Positions 29,183 to 38,580 of a stretch of DNA of 64,000 bases are shown here, one piece after another; the first letter of the stretch is position 1; every line of letters starts with the position of its first letter. Source of the stretch: Candidatus Marinacidobacterium sp. (lineage in GTDB: Bacteria; Acidobacteriota; Vicinamibacteria; Marinacidobacterales; Marinacidobacteraceae). The stretch lies in NCBI GenBank assembly GCA_965220965.1, contig OZ244852.1, forward strand, positions 384,001-448,000, read 5' to 3'. The position numbers and the translations under genes were made by a program. Under the pieces are notes generated by a model. It saw nothing but the letters and a program-made list of their open reading frames with translations. It ran no database searches and was not told where the DNA came from.

Positions 29183-30052
29183 GTGAGTTCCAGGCGGGCG
29201 CCGGCCGGGCTCCTCCGCGCTCTGGAGGTGCGCCCGGAGATCGAATCCGAAGCCGAGATCGACCGGCGGGTGGACTTCCTGGACCAGTATCTCGAGGCCA
29301 GCGGGCAGGCCACCCTTTGGCTCGCGGTGTCCGGGGGCGTCGACTCGGCGCTCTGCGGGCGGCTGTGCTCGCTGGCGGTCGCGCGCCGGAACCGGGAGGG
29401 AAGGGAGGCCCGCCTGGTGGCGGTCCGCCTGCCGTACGGGACCCAGCTCGACGAGGCCGACGCGGCCCGCGCGCTCGAGTGGATCGAGCCGACCGAAGTC
29501 GTGCGCGTGGACATCGAGGCGGCGGTTCACGGCCTCGAGAGCAGCCTGCCGGCGACGCGGCTGGAGGGACGGCCCGACCGGGCCCTCGACTTCGCCCGGG
29601 GCAACACCAAGGCGAGGATGCGCATGGCGGTCCAGTACCACCTGGCGAACGTGGAGGGCGGGCTGGTCGTCGGGACAGACCACGCGGCCGAGGCGGTGGT
29701 CGGCTTCTTCACCAAGTTCGGTGACGGCGCCGTGGATGTCGCTCCGCTCTTCGGCCTGACGAAGCGTCAGGTCCGGAGTCTGGCGCGACATCTGGGGCTC
29801 CCGGAGGACATCGTGACGAAGGCCCCGAGCGCCGACCTCGAGGATCTGCGTCCGGGGTTCCCCGATGAGGAGGCGCTTGGGCTCCGCTACGACGAGATCG
29901 ACGACTTTCTCGAGGGCCGCCCGGTTCCCGGGGCGGTGGCGGACCGGATCGAGGCGCTCTACCGGTCCACCGGGCACAAGCGGCGGCCGCCGGTGACGCC
30001 GGGGGACCGCTGGTGGGCGCCCGCCGTCAGGTCTGCTGCAGAAGGTAGGTGA
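29183..30052 (+). CDS. nadE: ammonia-dependent NAD+ synthetase
   Basis: SGGVDS, RLPYG.Q.DE, GNTKARMRM, GTDHAAE..GFFTKFGDG, PSADLE, HKR. Confidence 0.95.
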   Translation: MSSRRAPAGLLRALEVRPEIESEAEIDRRVDFLDQYLEASGQATLWLAVSGGVDSALCGRLCSLAVARRNREGREARLVAVRLPYGTQLDEADAARALEWIEPTEVVRVDIEAAVHGLESSLPATRLEGRPDRALDFARGNTKARMRMAVQYHLANVEGGLVVGTDHAAEAVVGFFTKFGDGAVDVAPLFGLTKRQVRSLARHLGLPEDIVTKAPSADLEDLRPGFPDEEALGLRYDEIDDFLEGRPVPGAVADRIEALYRSTGHKRRPPVTPGDRWWAPAVRSAAEGR

Positions 30053-30626
30053 CGAGGCCGACCGCGACGACCCGGTCGTTGTCTTCCACGATCTCGATCC
30101 GGCAGGCCACCAGGGTGCGGCCCTTCCGCACGACCTCGCCGATCGCCAGCAGATCGCCCTGGACGACGCCCAGGATGTTCACCTTGAACTCCACAAGGCG
30201 GATGCCGACGGTGGGGGCGATCGAGGCGGCGGCGAAGTGGCCGGCCGCGACGCAGAGGGTCCCCACGACGCCCCCCTCAAGCGGGCCCGGTTCGGTGTTC
30301 GGGCTCACCCCTGGCAGGTGAATCCGGGAGACCCCGTCATCGGCGTAGTCCAGGCGCAGCCGAAGCCCGCGCGCCAGCGGCGCCTGCTCGAGTTCGGTCT
30401 GGAACCGCTGATGGCGCGAGGTCTTCTCGCGTCCGGCGGCGGAAGCGGCGTCGCCCAGCGAACTCATCGCCTCGATCCGCGCCGACGACAACTCCTTCTG
30501 TGGAGGCGGTTTCTCCTCGGGCGGCTGGGCGCCCCGCCGCTGCGCGTGGAACGATTCGTCCGGGCTGCGGGGCCGCCTCGCGGGCGCCGCGTCCCCGTCG
30601 TTCCGGGGCGGGGCCGGCTTCGTCAT
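30027..30626 (-). CDS. PaaI-family hotdog-fold thioesterase
   Basis: GP.EGG....L, FKVNIL, GEVVRKGRTL. Confidence 0.75.
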   Translation of the reverse strand: MTKPAPPRNDGDAAPARRPRSPDESFHAQRRGAQPPEEKPPPQKELSSARIEAMSSLGDAASAAGREKTSRHQRFQTELEQAPLARGLRLRLDYADDGVSRIHLPGVSPNTEPGPLEGGVVGTLCVAAGHFAAASIAPTVGIRLVEFKVNILGVVQGDLLAIGEVVRKGRTLVACRIEIVEDNDRVVAVGLVTYLLQQT

Positions 30627-30860
30627 GGAGGGGCGCTGTCTGTCCGGGGGAGCCCGGCCCCGGGCCGCCGGCCGGAGAGCCCGCTCCAACCGCCGTAGAG
30701 CCTGCCCATGGTATCAGGATCCAACGGACCGCCGACGGTCCCGAAGCCGTCCGGGCGGCCGGCTCGTCCGCCCGAACCCGCGTCCGGAGGCCGGGTTCCG
30801 CGGAGGGGCGGCGTAACATTCCGGCGGTGGTGAGTGGTTTCGCGCGCGTCGGAAGCTTCC

Positions 30861-32288
30861 ATGCCTGAGGACGGGGTCCCCGGCGGCGGGCCCTTCGATG
30901 TCGTCGTCATCGGAAGCGGCCCCGGGGGCTACGTGGCCGCGCTCCGGGCGGCGGCGGCCGGGCTTCGCGTCGCGGTGGTGGAGCGCGACGCGCGCTTTGG
31001 AGGAACCTGCCTCCACGTCGGGTGCATTCCCAGCAAGGTGTTTCTCCACACCGCTTCGCTGCTCGATGAGATCCGCGCCGCGAAGACCCACGGCGTCGTC
31101 GTGGCCGAGCCGGAGCTCGACTGGGATGCGATGCGGAAGCGAAGCCGCCGCGTCATCGCGAAGCTCGCCGGGGGCATCGGGATGCTGTTCCGGCGCTCCG
31201 GCGTCGCCGCGTTCCGCGGAACCGGACGGCTCGCCGGACCGGGCGCGGTGGAGGTCACTCCGGCGGACGCGGAGGGCGAGGTCGTGCGGCTCGAGGCCCG
31301 CAACACGATCCTCGCCACCGGCTCCACCGCCCGCGTCCTCCCGTTTCTTCCGGTGGACGAGGACCGGGTGCTGACCAACGCCGGGATGTTCAACCTGCCC
31401 GAGGTCCCGGCCCAGCTCGGGATCATCGGCGCCGGCGCGGTGGGCGCCGAGTTCGCCTCCATGTTCCGGTCGTACGGGTCCGAGGTGGACCTCTTCGAGG
31501 CGCTCCCGCGCGTCCTGCCGCTGGAAGACGCCGAAGTGTCGGACGTCGTGCGGAAGGCGTTCCAGCGGCGCCGCATCGGAATCCACACCTCGGCGATGGT
31601 CGAATCGGCCGAGGTCTCGGACTCCGGAGTCTCGGTCCGCTACAAGGTGGACGGCAAGGCCTCGGAAGCCCGCTACGACCGGCTGCTGGTGGCGGTGGGG
31701 CGAGCCCCCCGGACCTCCGATGTGGGACTCGGGACCGTGGGAATCGAGGCCGGGGCCGGGGGCTTTCTCTCGGTGGACGGCGCCTGCCGCACGACGGCCC
31801 CGGGGGTGTTCGCCATCGGCGACATCGTGGCGAGCGCCCAGCTCGCCCACGTGGCCTCCGCCGAGGCCGAGAGCGCGGTCGCCGCGATCGCGGGCCGGGA
31901 CGCTCCGCCGCTCCGCCGCGAGCGGCTGCCGGCGGCGACCTACTGCGTCCCCGAGGTCGGCTCGGTCGGCCTCACCGAGGAGGCGGCGGCCGAGGCGGGA
32001 CACGAACTCCGCGTCGGGAAGTTCCCCTTCGCGGCCAACAGCAAGGCGAACATCCTCGCGGACCTCCACGGCTTCGTGAAGATCGTGGCGGAGGCGCGTT
32101 ACGGCGAGGTTCTCGGGGTCCACATCGTGGGCCCTCACGCCACCGACCTGATCGCCGAGGCGGTCGTGGCGCTCGAGCACGAGGCGACGCTCGAGTCGCT
32201 GGCGCGCAGCGTCCATCCGCATCCCACGCTCTCGGAGGCGGTCGCCGAAGCGGCGCTCGCGGCGCTCGGGTCCCCGCTTCACGCCTGA
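30861..32288 (+). CDS. lpdA: dihydrolipoyl dehydrogenase (E3)
   Basis: GSGPGGY, GGTCLHVGCIPSK, ATGS, AIGD, HPHPTLSE. Confidence 0.96.
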   Translation: MPEDGVPGGGPFDVVVIGSGPGGYVAALRAAAAGLRVAVVERDARFGGTCLHVGCIPSKVFLHTASLLDEIRAAKTHGVVVAEPELDWDAMRKRSRRVIAKLAGGIGMLFRRSGVAAFRGTGRLAGPGAVEVTPADAEGEVVRLEARNTILATGSTARVLPFLPVDEDRVLTNAGMFNLPEVPAQLGIIGAGAVGAEFASMFRSYGSEVDLFEALPRVLPLEDAEVSDVVRKAFQRRRIGIHTSAMVESAEVSDSGVSVRYKVDGKASEARYDRLLVAVGRAPRTSDVGLGTVGIEAGAGGFLSVDGACRTTAPGVFAIGDIVASAQLAHVASAEAESAVAAIAGRDAPPLRRERLPAATYCVPEVGSVGLTEEAAAEAGHELRVGKFPFAANSKANILADLHGFVKIVAEARYGEVLGVHIVGPHATDLIAEAVVALEHEATLESLARSVHPHPTLSEAVAEAALAALGSPLHA

Positions 32289-32301
32289 TCGCTTCCGGTC
32301 G

Positions 32302-33072
32302 GTGGCTGCAGCGGGACGCCGGGCGCCCGGGCCCGCGGACTCCGGCGCCCCCGTCTGGCGGCTGGACCACCGTCCGCTGGAGTATGCCGACGCGCTCCGC
32401 CTCCAGCGCGAGCTCGTCCGGAGGCGGCGGCGGGGCGACGTTCCGGATGTGCTCCTGCTGACCGAGCACCCGCCGGTGTTCACGCTGGGAACGACCTCCT
32501 CGCCGGAGCATCTCCTTGAACCGGAAGCGCGCCTGCGCGCCGACGGCGCCGAGGTCTGCGCCACCGACCGGGGGGGCGATGTCACCTTCCACGGACCCGG
32601 GCAGCTCGTCGTCTACCCCATCGTGGACCTGGCGGCGTGGAAGCGGGACCTCCACGCCTACCTCCGGGCGCTCGAGGCGGTCGTCATCGCCGCCGCCGCC
32701 GGATGCGGGGTCCGGGCGCAGAGGCGGGCGGGCCTCACCGGGGTCTGGTGCGGCGCGCCGGGCGATGAGCGGAAGCTGGCCTCCATCGGGGTGAGGGTGT
32801 CCCGCTGGGTCGCCTCCCACGGGGCCGCGGTGAACGTGACGACGGACCTCGACTGGTTTTCGCGCATCGTCCCCTGCGGAATCCGGGACTGCCGGGTCAC
32901 TTCGATCGAGGTCGAGACCGGCGCCCGGCGGTCGCTGGACGAGATGGCGGACCGGGTGGCCGCGGCCTTTCGCCGTGAGTTCGGGCGGCGGGAGACGCCG
33001 GCGCCGTCCGGACTCGTCGAGGACCTGCTCTCCGCCGCCAGCCGGCGCCCGGCCCTGCGAGGCGCCGCGTAG
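32302..33072 (+). CDS. lipB: lipoyl(octanoyl) transferase
   Basis: EHPPVFTLG, RGGDVTFHGPGQ, KLASIG, HG.A.N, PCG. Confidence 0.95.
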   Translation: MAAAGRRAPGPADSGAPVWRLDHRPLEYADALRLQRELVRRRRRGDVPDVLLLTEHPPVFTLGTTSSPEHLLEPEARLRADGAEVCATDRGGDVTFHGPGQLVVYPIVDLAAWKRDLHAYLRALEAVVIAAAAGCGVRAQRRAGLTGVWCGAPGDERKLASIGVRVSRWVASHGAAVNVTTDLDWFSRIVPCGIRDCRVTSIEVETGARRSLDEMADRVAAAFRREFGRRETPAPSGLVEDLLSAASRRPALRGAA

Positions 33073-33084
33073 GAGCTTCGGGGC

Positions 33085-34065
33085 ATGGTCACGTATCTGG
33101 AAGCGATCCGGCGCGCGCTCCACGGGGAGATGAAGCGCGATCCGCGCGTTCTGCTGCTGGGCGAGGACATCGGCCTCTACGGCGGGGCGTTCCGCCTCAC
33201 CGAGGGGTTCCTCGAGGAGTTTGGTCCCGACCGGGTCTTCGACACCCCGATCAGCGAGGAAGGGTTCACCGGGGCGGCGGTGGGGGCCGCGCTCCAGGGT
33301 TTCCGACCGGTGGTCGAGTTCCAGTTCCTCGACTTCGCCGCGAGCGCGTTCAACATGATCACGAACTTCGCCGCCCGCTGCCGATACCGCACGGGCGACG
33401 GCGTTCCGCTGACGCTCCGGGGTCCGGCGGGCGGCGGCGTCCGCGCCGGGCCCTTCCACTCCCAGAACCCCGAGGTCGCCTTCGTTCACACCCCGGGCGT
33501 CAAGGTCGCCGCGCCGGCGACGGTGGCCGACGCCGCCGGCCTGCTGCGCTCCGCTGTGCGGGACGAGGATCCGGTCCTCTACCTGGAGCACAAGCGGCTC
33601 TACCGGAGCCTCCGGATTTCCGAAAGCGAGTTCCGGGCGGCGCCCGAGGTGGTCCCGCCCGGCCGCCTGGCCGTGCGGCGGCCAGGCGACGTCCTGACGC
33701 TGGTGGCCTACGGGGCGGCGGTCGGGCTGGCGCTGGAGGCCGCCGACCGGCTGCGGGATGAGGACGGCGTCGAGGCGGAAGTGCTCGACCTGCGCTGGCT
33801 CGTCCCGCTCGACGAGGAGGGCCTCCTCGAGTCGGTGCGCCGCACGAGCCGGGTCGTGATCGTCCACGAGGACCACCGGAACGCCGGGTTCGGGGCGGAG
33901 ATCGCCGCCCGGATCGCCGAATCCGCGTTCGACGACCTGGACGCGCCGGTTCTTCGGGTGGCCGCGGCCGACGTTCCGGTCCCCTACGCGGGGGAACTCG
34001 AAGACGCCGTCCTGCCGGGGGCCGACGACGTCACCGCCGCCTGCCGCCGACTGCTCCGCTACTGA
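33085..34065 (+). CDS. 2-oxoacid dehydrogenase E1 beta subunit
   Basis: GEDIG.YGG.F, DTPISE, EFQF.DF, GPFHSQ, DPV..LEHK, DLR.L.PLD. Confidence 0.93.
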   Translation: MVTYLEAIRRALHGEMKRDPRVLLLGEDIGLYGGAFRLTEGFLEEFGPDRVFDTPISEEGFTGAAVGAALQGFRPVVEFQFLDFAASAFNMITNFAARCRYRTGDGVPLTLRGPAGGGVRAGPFHSQNPEVAFVHTPGVKVAAPATVADAAGLLRSAVRDEDPVLYLEHKRLYRSLRISESEFRAAPEVVPPGRLAVRRPGDVLTLVAYGAAVGLALEAADRLRDEDGVEAEVLDLRWLVPLDEEGLLESVRRTSRVVIVHEDHRNAGFGAEIAARIAESAFDDLDAPVLRVAAADVPVPYAGELEDAVLPGADDVTAACRRLLRY

Positions 34066-34086
34066 CCGCCGGCCGGTCGGCCGGTC

Positions 34087-35010
34087 TCAGGCGGCCGGAG
34101 CGTCCTGCGGGATCTGGTTCGCCGCGTGGTACGAGGACCGCACGAGCGGTCCCGCCTCCACGTGGCGGAGCCCCAGGGCCCGTCCCCGGGCCGCGAGCGC
34201 GTCGAACTCCTCGGGGGGGACGTAACGCTCGACCGGGAGGTGCGCCGGGGTCGGCCGCAGGTACTGGCCGGCGGTCAGGATGTCGACTCCGATCCCGACC
34301 AGGTCCCGGATCACCGCGTCCAGTTCCTCCGCGGTCTCCCCCAGCCCCAGCATGACGCCGGTCTTGGTGAGCGCTTCGGGTCGGAGCCGTTTCGCCTCTT
34401 CGAGGATGGCGAGCGACCACCGGTAACGGGCGCCCGGACGGACCCGCCGGTAGAGCCGGGGGACGGTCTCGATGTTGTGGTTCAGGATCTCGGGCCCCGC
34501 CGCCATGACGGTTCCGAGCGCCTTCAGGTCGCCCCGGAAGTCGGGGATCAGCGTCTCCACCGTGGTCCCCGGCGTCCGCCGCCGGACGGTCTGGATCGTC
34601 TCGGCGAAGATCCGGGCGCCCGCGTCCTCGAGGTCGTCCCGGTTCACCGACGTGATGACCGCGTGGCGAAGGCCCATCACCTCCACCGCATCGGCCACCC
34701 GCCGGGGTTCCTCGAGGTCGAGTCCGGTGGGCCGCCCGGTGGTGACCGCGCAGAACCGGCAGGCGCGGGTGCAGATGTCCCCGAGGATCATGAACGTCGC
34801 CGTGCCTTCGCCCCAGCACTCGGCGAGGTTGGGACAGCGGGCCTCCTCGCACACCGTGTGGAGATCGCTGGCGCGGAGCAGCTTGCGGAGCCGCGACCAG
34901 GTCGGACCCGCCGGGAGCCGGACGCGCAGCCAGTCGGGGCGGCGTCCCTCGGGGATGGGGGCCCCCGGTCCGCCCCCGACGACCGGAAGCGGGATTTCGC
35001 CGGCGCTCAC
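34087..35010 (-). CDS. lipA: lipoyl synthase (radical SAM)
   Basis: [24 protein letters not shown]. Confidence 0.97.
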   Translation of the reverse strand: MSAGEIPLPVVGGGPGAPIPEGRRPDWLRVRLPAGPTWSRLRKLLRASDLHTVCEEARCPNLAECWGEGTATFMILGDICTRACRFCAVTTGRPTGLDLEEPRRVADAVEVMGLRHAVITSVNRDDLEDAGARIFAETIQTVRRRTPGTTVETLIPDFRGDLKALGTVMAAGPEILNHNIETVPRLYRRVRPGARYRWSLAILEEAKRLRPEALTKTGVMLGLGETAEELDAVIRDLVGIGVDILTAGQYLRPTPAHLPVERYVPPEEFDALAARGRALGLRHVEAGPLVRSSYHAANQIPQDAPAA

Positions 35011-35017
35011 CGGCGGC

Positions 35018-36319
35018 TCACGGCTCCCCGTCGGGCCAGTCTTCGAGGCGGCGCTTCACCTCGGCCAGGAACTGGTCCGCGACGGCGCCGTCGATCAGCC
35101 GGTGGTCGAACGAGAGCGCCAGGAAGACCATGGAGCGAACCGCGATCGCGTCCCCCTCCACGACGACCGGACGCTTGTGGACCCCGCCCACGCCGAGGAT
35201 CGCCACCTGCGGCTGGGCGATGATGGGGGTGCCGAAGAGCGCGCCGTAGGGGCCCGGGTTCGTGATCGTGAAGGTGCCTCCCTGGACCTCCGAGGGCGCC
35301 AGCTCCCCGGAGCGCGCCCGTGACGCGAGGTCGTGGAGCCCGCGCGCGAGGCCGGCGAAGTTGCGTTCGTCGGCGTGGTCGAGCACCGGCACGATGAGGC
35401 CCTCGGGCAGCGCCACCGCGATCCCGAGTCCCACATGGCGGTGGTGGACGATCTCGTCGCCCGAGATCGAGGCGTTCAGCGTCGGGAACCCGCCGAGCGC
35501 CTCGAGCGCGGCGCGGGCGAAGAACGGCGTGAGGGTCAGCTTCACGCCGGTGCGCGCCAGGAACCGCTCGGCGTTCGCCGCCCGGATCGCCACGACCCGG
35601 CTGACATCCACCTCGAAGACGGTCGTGACATGCGCCGAGGTCTGGCGCGAGCGCAGCATGTGCTCCGCGATCGTCCGCCGCATGTGCGACATCGGCTCGG
35701 TCCGGTCGCCGGGGACGGCGTCGGGCGATGCCGGCTCCGGCCTCGGGGGCAACTCGACCGGGACTTCGACCGGAGGAGTCTCCGGGGGGAGCTCCGGAGC
35801 GTCGGGGGCCGCGGGCGCGGCCTTCTCGCCGGCCTGTTCGATCCAGTCCAGCATGTCCTGTTTGCTGACCCGACCGCCCTCGCCGGTGCCGGGAACATCC
35901 GCCAGGTCGATGCCGTGTTCGCGCGCCATCCTCCGGACGAGAGGAGAACTGCGCGGGCGCCGGGACCGCGCCGGTTCGGAAGGCGCCGGCGCCGGCGCCT
36001 CCTCGCGAGGAGGCTCGGCTTCGGCCTCCGCGGGCGCGTCGGTCGCCTCGTCGGCGCTGTCTCCGGGAGTCCAGACCTCGCCTTCGGCGGCGATGCGGCC
36101 GACGACCGTGTTCACCTCGACCGTCTCGCCCTCGGGCACGAGGACTTCGACCAGCCGGCCGGTCAACGGGGCCGGGACCTCGGTGTCCACCTTGTCGGTC
36201 GCGATGTCGAACAGCGGATCGTCCCGTTCCACCGCGTCGCCGACGTTCGAGCGCCACTTCGTGATCGTGCCCTCGGTGATGCTCTCGCCCATCTGGGGCA
36301 TGATCACGTCGGTGGGCAC
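35018..36319 (-). CDS. 2-oxoacid dehydrogenase E2 dihydrolipoamide acyltransferase
   Basis: MPQMGES, TDKV lipoyl Lys, SPLVRR.A.E E3-binding domain, GTFTITN.G, DHRLIDG. Confidence 0.95.
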   Translation of the reverse strand: MPTDVIMPQMGESITEGTITKWRSNVGDAVERDDPLFDIATDKVDTEVPAPLTGRLVEVLVPEGETVEVNTVVGRIAAEGEVWTPGDSADEATDAPAEAEAEPPREEAPAPAPSEPARSRRPRSSPLVRRMAREHGIDLADVPGTGEGGRVSKQDMLDWIEQAGEKAAPAAPDAPELPPETPPVEVPVELPPRPEPASPDAVPGDRTEPMSHMRRTIAEHMLRSRQTSAHVTTVFEVDVSRVVAIRAANAERFLARTGVKLTLTPFFARAALEALGGFPTLNASISGDEIVHHRHVGLGIAVALPEGLIVPVLDHADERNFAGLARGLHDLASRARSGELAPSEVQGGTFTITNPGPYGALFGTPIIAQPQVAILGVGGVHKRPVVVEGDAIAVRSMVFLALSFDHRLIDGAVADQFLAEVKRRLEDWPDGEP

Positions 36320-36362
36320 GGCGGCGGAAGTGTAGCGACGGGTTCTTTCGTCTTCGGAGGCC

Positions 36363-38411
36363 TCAGCCGACTGGGAGGTGAAGCGAGAGGAACTCGAGCG
36401 TTCGCTGCATGAAGGCGTGGACCGCGCCCCGGTCGGTTTCCCAGCGAAGGAGCGAGCGGCCCATATCCCCCCGGAAATACAGCTCGACGAGGGGGTAGTC
36501 GGGACGCGCGCGCAGTTCGTCCAGGAACTCCTCCTTGGCGGCGAACGGCGCTTCCGGAACCTCCTCCCCGTGGAACGAGAGCAGCGGGGCCTGGATCGCC
36601 GCGCCTTCCCCGTTCAGCGAAAGCCGGCGGTAACGCTCCAGGTTCCCGCGCAGCGGTCCCAGCCGACGCTCCAGCCCGGCCCGACGCTCCGGCGGCAGGG
36701 TTCGATGGAGCCGTTCGAGGTCGGCGGTTCCCAGGGCCTCGACCCCGCAACCGAAGCGCTCGGGGTGGCGGGCGAGGGCGGCGAGGGTCAGGAATCCCCC
36801 GTAACCCACCCCCAGGAGGCACGGGGGGTCGGACCCGATTCCCGGCAGCGCCTGGGCGGCGTCGACGGCGGCCATCAGGTCCTCGAGGTCCCCGCCGCCC
36901 CAGTCTCCATGGCTGGCGGCGGCGAACGCGGCGCCGCGACCGCGGGCGCCGCGCAGTTGCGGCGCCAGCACCGCGTAGCCGCGGCGGGCCAGCACCTGGA
37001 CCACCGGATCGAAACCGTCCCGCCAGTCGATCCCCCATCCGGCGCCAGGCGCCCCCCGGAGATGCACGAGCAGCGGCGCCTCCGCCGCCTCGTCGGTCGG
37101 CCGGTAGAGCAGCGCGTCCACCCGGGGTCCTCCGGGCGCCCGCGATTCCACCCGCTCGGGCCGGGAGAACGTCCGCACATCGAGTTCGGGGAAGAGGGTT
37201 TCGCTGACGCGTTCCCGGCCCCCCTCGAGCGGAAATCCCCAGACATCGCGAGCGAACGCCGCCGACTCGTGGATCGCAAAGAGCCGGGCGCCGTCGTCGG
37301 CCCAGCGGAGTCCCTCGTGGACTCCCGACCCCCGGGTCATGACCCGGATCCGGCCCTGCGGGGCCCACCGTTCCTCGTCGTCCCGGTCGAGCCGCGCCCG
37401 GTGGATCCGGTGACTCCCGCGGTCCGCCCCCAGCCACGCCAGCTCGAGGCCGTCCCCGGTCACCGGTCGGAACCGGGGTTCCGACAGGTCCCCGGCGCGC
37501 CGCCCGTCGCCCGCCACCAGGCGATACGGCGCCCCTTCCGACGTCAGGTCGGCGAAGTGCACCGCGTCGAAGCCCTCGCTCGCTCCGCCGCAGTCCGGGT
37601 CGCAGTCGGTCGCGGTGGTCCACGCCAGCCCGGTCCCGTCCGGGGTCCAGGTCGGCGTTCCCCGCGCCGACCGGTCGGGGAGGAGCAGGCGCCGCGCTTC
37701 CGGCGCGTCCCCGGTCGCCGGCGCGACCGCGACGCCCCGGCGGTCCTCTCCGGGAGCCAGCGCCGCGTAGGCGATCCGGGAGCCGTCGGGAGCCCACGCC
37801 GGCGGCCCTTCGTCCCCGGGGTCCCGGCTCCAGCGGCGTGGTTCGGCTCCTTTCGCCAGATCCATCAGCCAGACGTCGAAGCCGGTCTCCCGGTCGGTTT
37901 CTTCGCGGCGCCCGAGGAACGCCACCCGGGTTCCGTCGGGCGAGGGGGCCGGCGACCGGATCAGGAGGTCGGGCGGCGTGAGCGCCTCCGGTTCCCCGCC
38001 CGGAGCGATCCGGAAGAGGCGCCCCGCCTCCGGTTCGTCACCCCGCGGCCGCCGTCCGGAAACGAAGACCGCGGAGAGACTCTCCCCGAGGAAGCGGGGC
38101 GCCGAGTCCCATCGCCGCCCGTCAGTCAGTCGTCCCGGCCGCGCGCCGGGGGCGGTGAGGAAGAGGTTCGCCCGGTTGCCGATCGCGATGGCGGCGACCG
38201 CCCGCCGGGCGTCCGCCGAGACATCGAACCCGAGCAACAGGGGGAGGGCGAGCGCCGTCCCCGGTTCGAGGCCCTCGCTGGGCTCGATCCGGGCGCCGGG
38301 CGCCGGCGCCTGCGCCGCGCGGATCTCGTCCCCGGACATGAGCAGCCCCAGGGTCAGGACGACGGGAGGCCAGCGTCGAAAGATTGCGCCCGGGAGCGAA
38401 CAGCGGGGCAT
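36363..38411 (-). CDS. S9 prolyl-oligopeptidase-like protein with PD40 propeller; catalytic triad apparently lost
   Basis: PSPDG and WAPDG repeats, GY.VLAP..RG..G.G, GDWGGGDL.D; nucleophile elbow reads GVGYGG. Confidence 0.85.
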   Translation of the reverse strand: MPRCSLPGAIFRRWPPVVLTLGLLMSGDEIRAAQAPAPGARIEPSEGLEPGTALALPLLLGFDVSADARRAVAAIAIGNRANLFLTAPGARPGRLTDGRRWDSAPRFLGESLSAVFVSGRRPRGDEPEAGRLFRIAPGGEPEALTPPDLLIRSPAPSPDGTRVAFLGRREETDRETGFDVWLMDLAKGAEPRRWSRDPGDEGPPAWAPDGSRIAYAALAPGEDRRGVAVAPATGDAPEARRLLLPDRSARGTPTWTPDGTGLAWTTATDCDPDCGGASEGFDAVHFADLTSEGAPYRLVAGDGRRAGDLSEPRFRPVTGDGLELAWLGADRGSHRIHRARLDRDDEERWAPQGRIRVMTRGSGVHEGLRWADDGARLFAIHESAAFARDVWGFPLEGGRERVSETLFPELDVRTFSRPERVESRAPGGPRVDALLYRPTDEAAEAPLLVHLRGAPGAGWGIDWRDGFDPVVQVLARRGYAVLAPQLRGARGRGAAFAAASHGDWGGGDLEDLMAAVDAAQALPGIGSDPPCLLGVGYGGFLTLAALARHPERFGCGVEALGTADLERLHRTLPPERRAGLERRLGPLRGNLERYRRLSLNGEGAAIQAPLLSFHGEEVPEAPFAAKEEFLDELRARPDYPLVELYFRGDMGRSLLRWETDRGAVHAFMQRTLEFLSLHLPVG

Positions 38412-38477
38412 GCCGCCAAGTTAGCAGGCTGGTGACAAGGACAAACGAGCTGAACCGGTGTTCGATTGCTGGCTCAG

Positions 38478-38559
38478 GCGGTGTGAGCGACGGGGCGGCT
38501 TCAGGAATCCGCATGCGCGTCGCCGAGGATCAAGAGCGCCGCCCCGTCGCTTACACCGC
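38478..38559. repeat. 22-bp inverted repeat (long hairpin) in the divergent intergenic region
   Basis: GCGGTGTGAGCGACGGGGCGGC (38478-38499) is complementary to GCCGCCCCGTCGCTTACACCGC (38538-38559), with one G-T pair. Confidence 0.9.
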
Positions 38560-38580
38560 GATAGTCTGCGGGAGTCGCCG

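Noticed and set aside
38424-38570. SRP RNA or 6S RNA identity for the long hairpin
   Set aside because: No SRP CAGG..GNRA..AGCA motif on either strand and no symmetric central bubble; kept only as an unassigned structure
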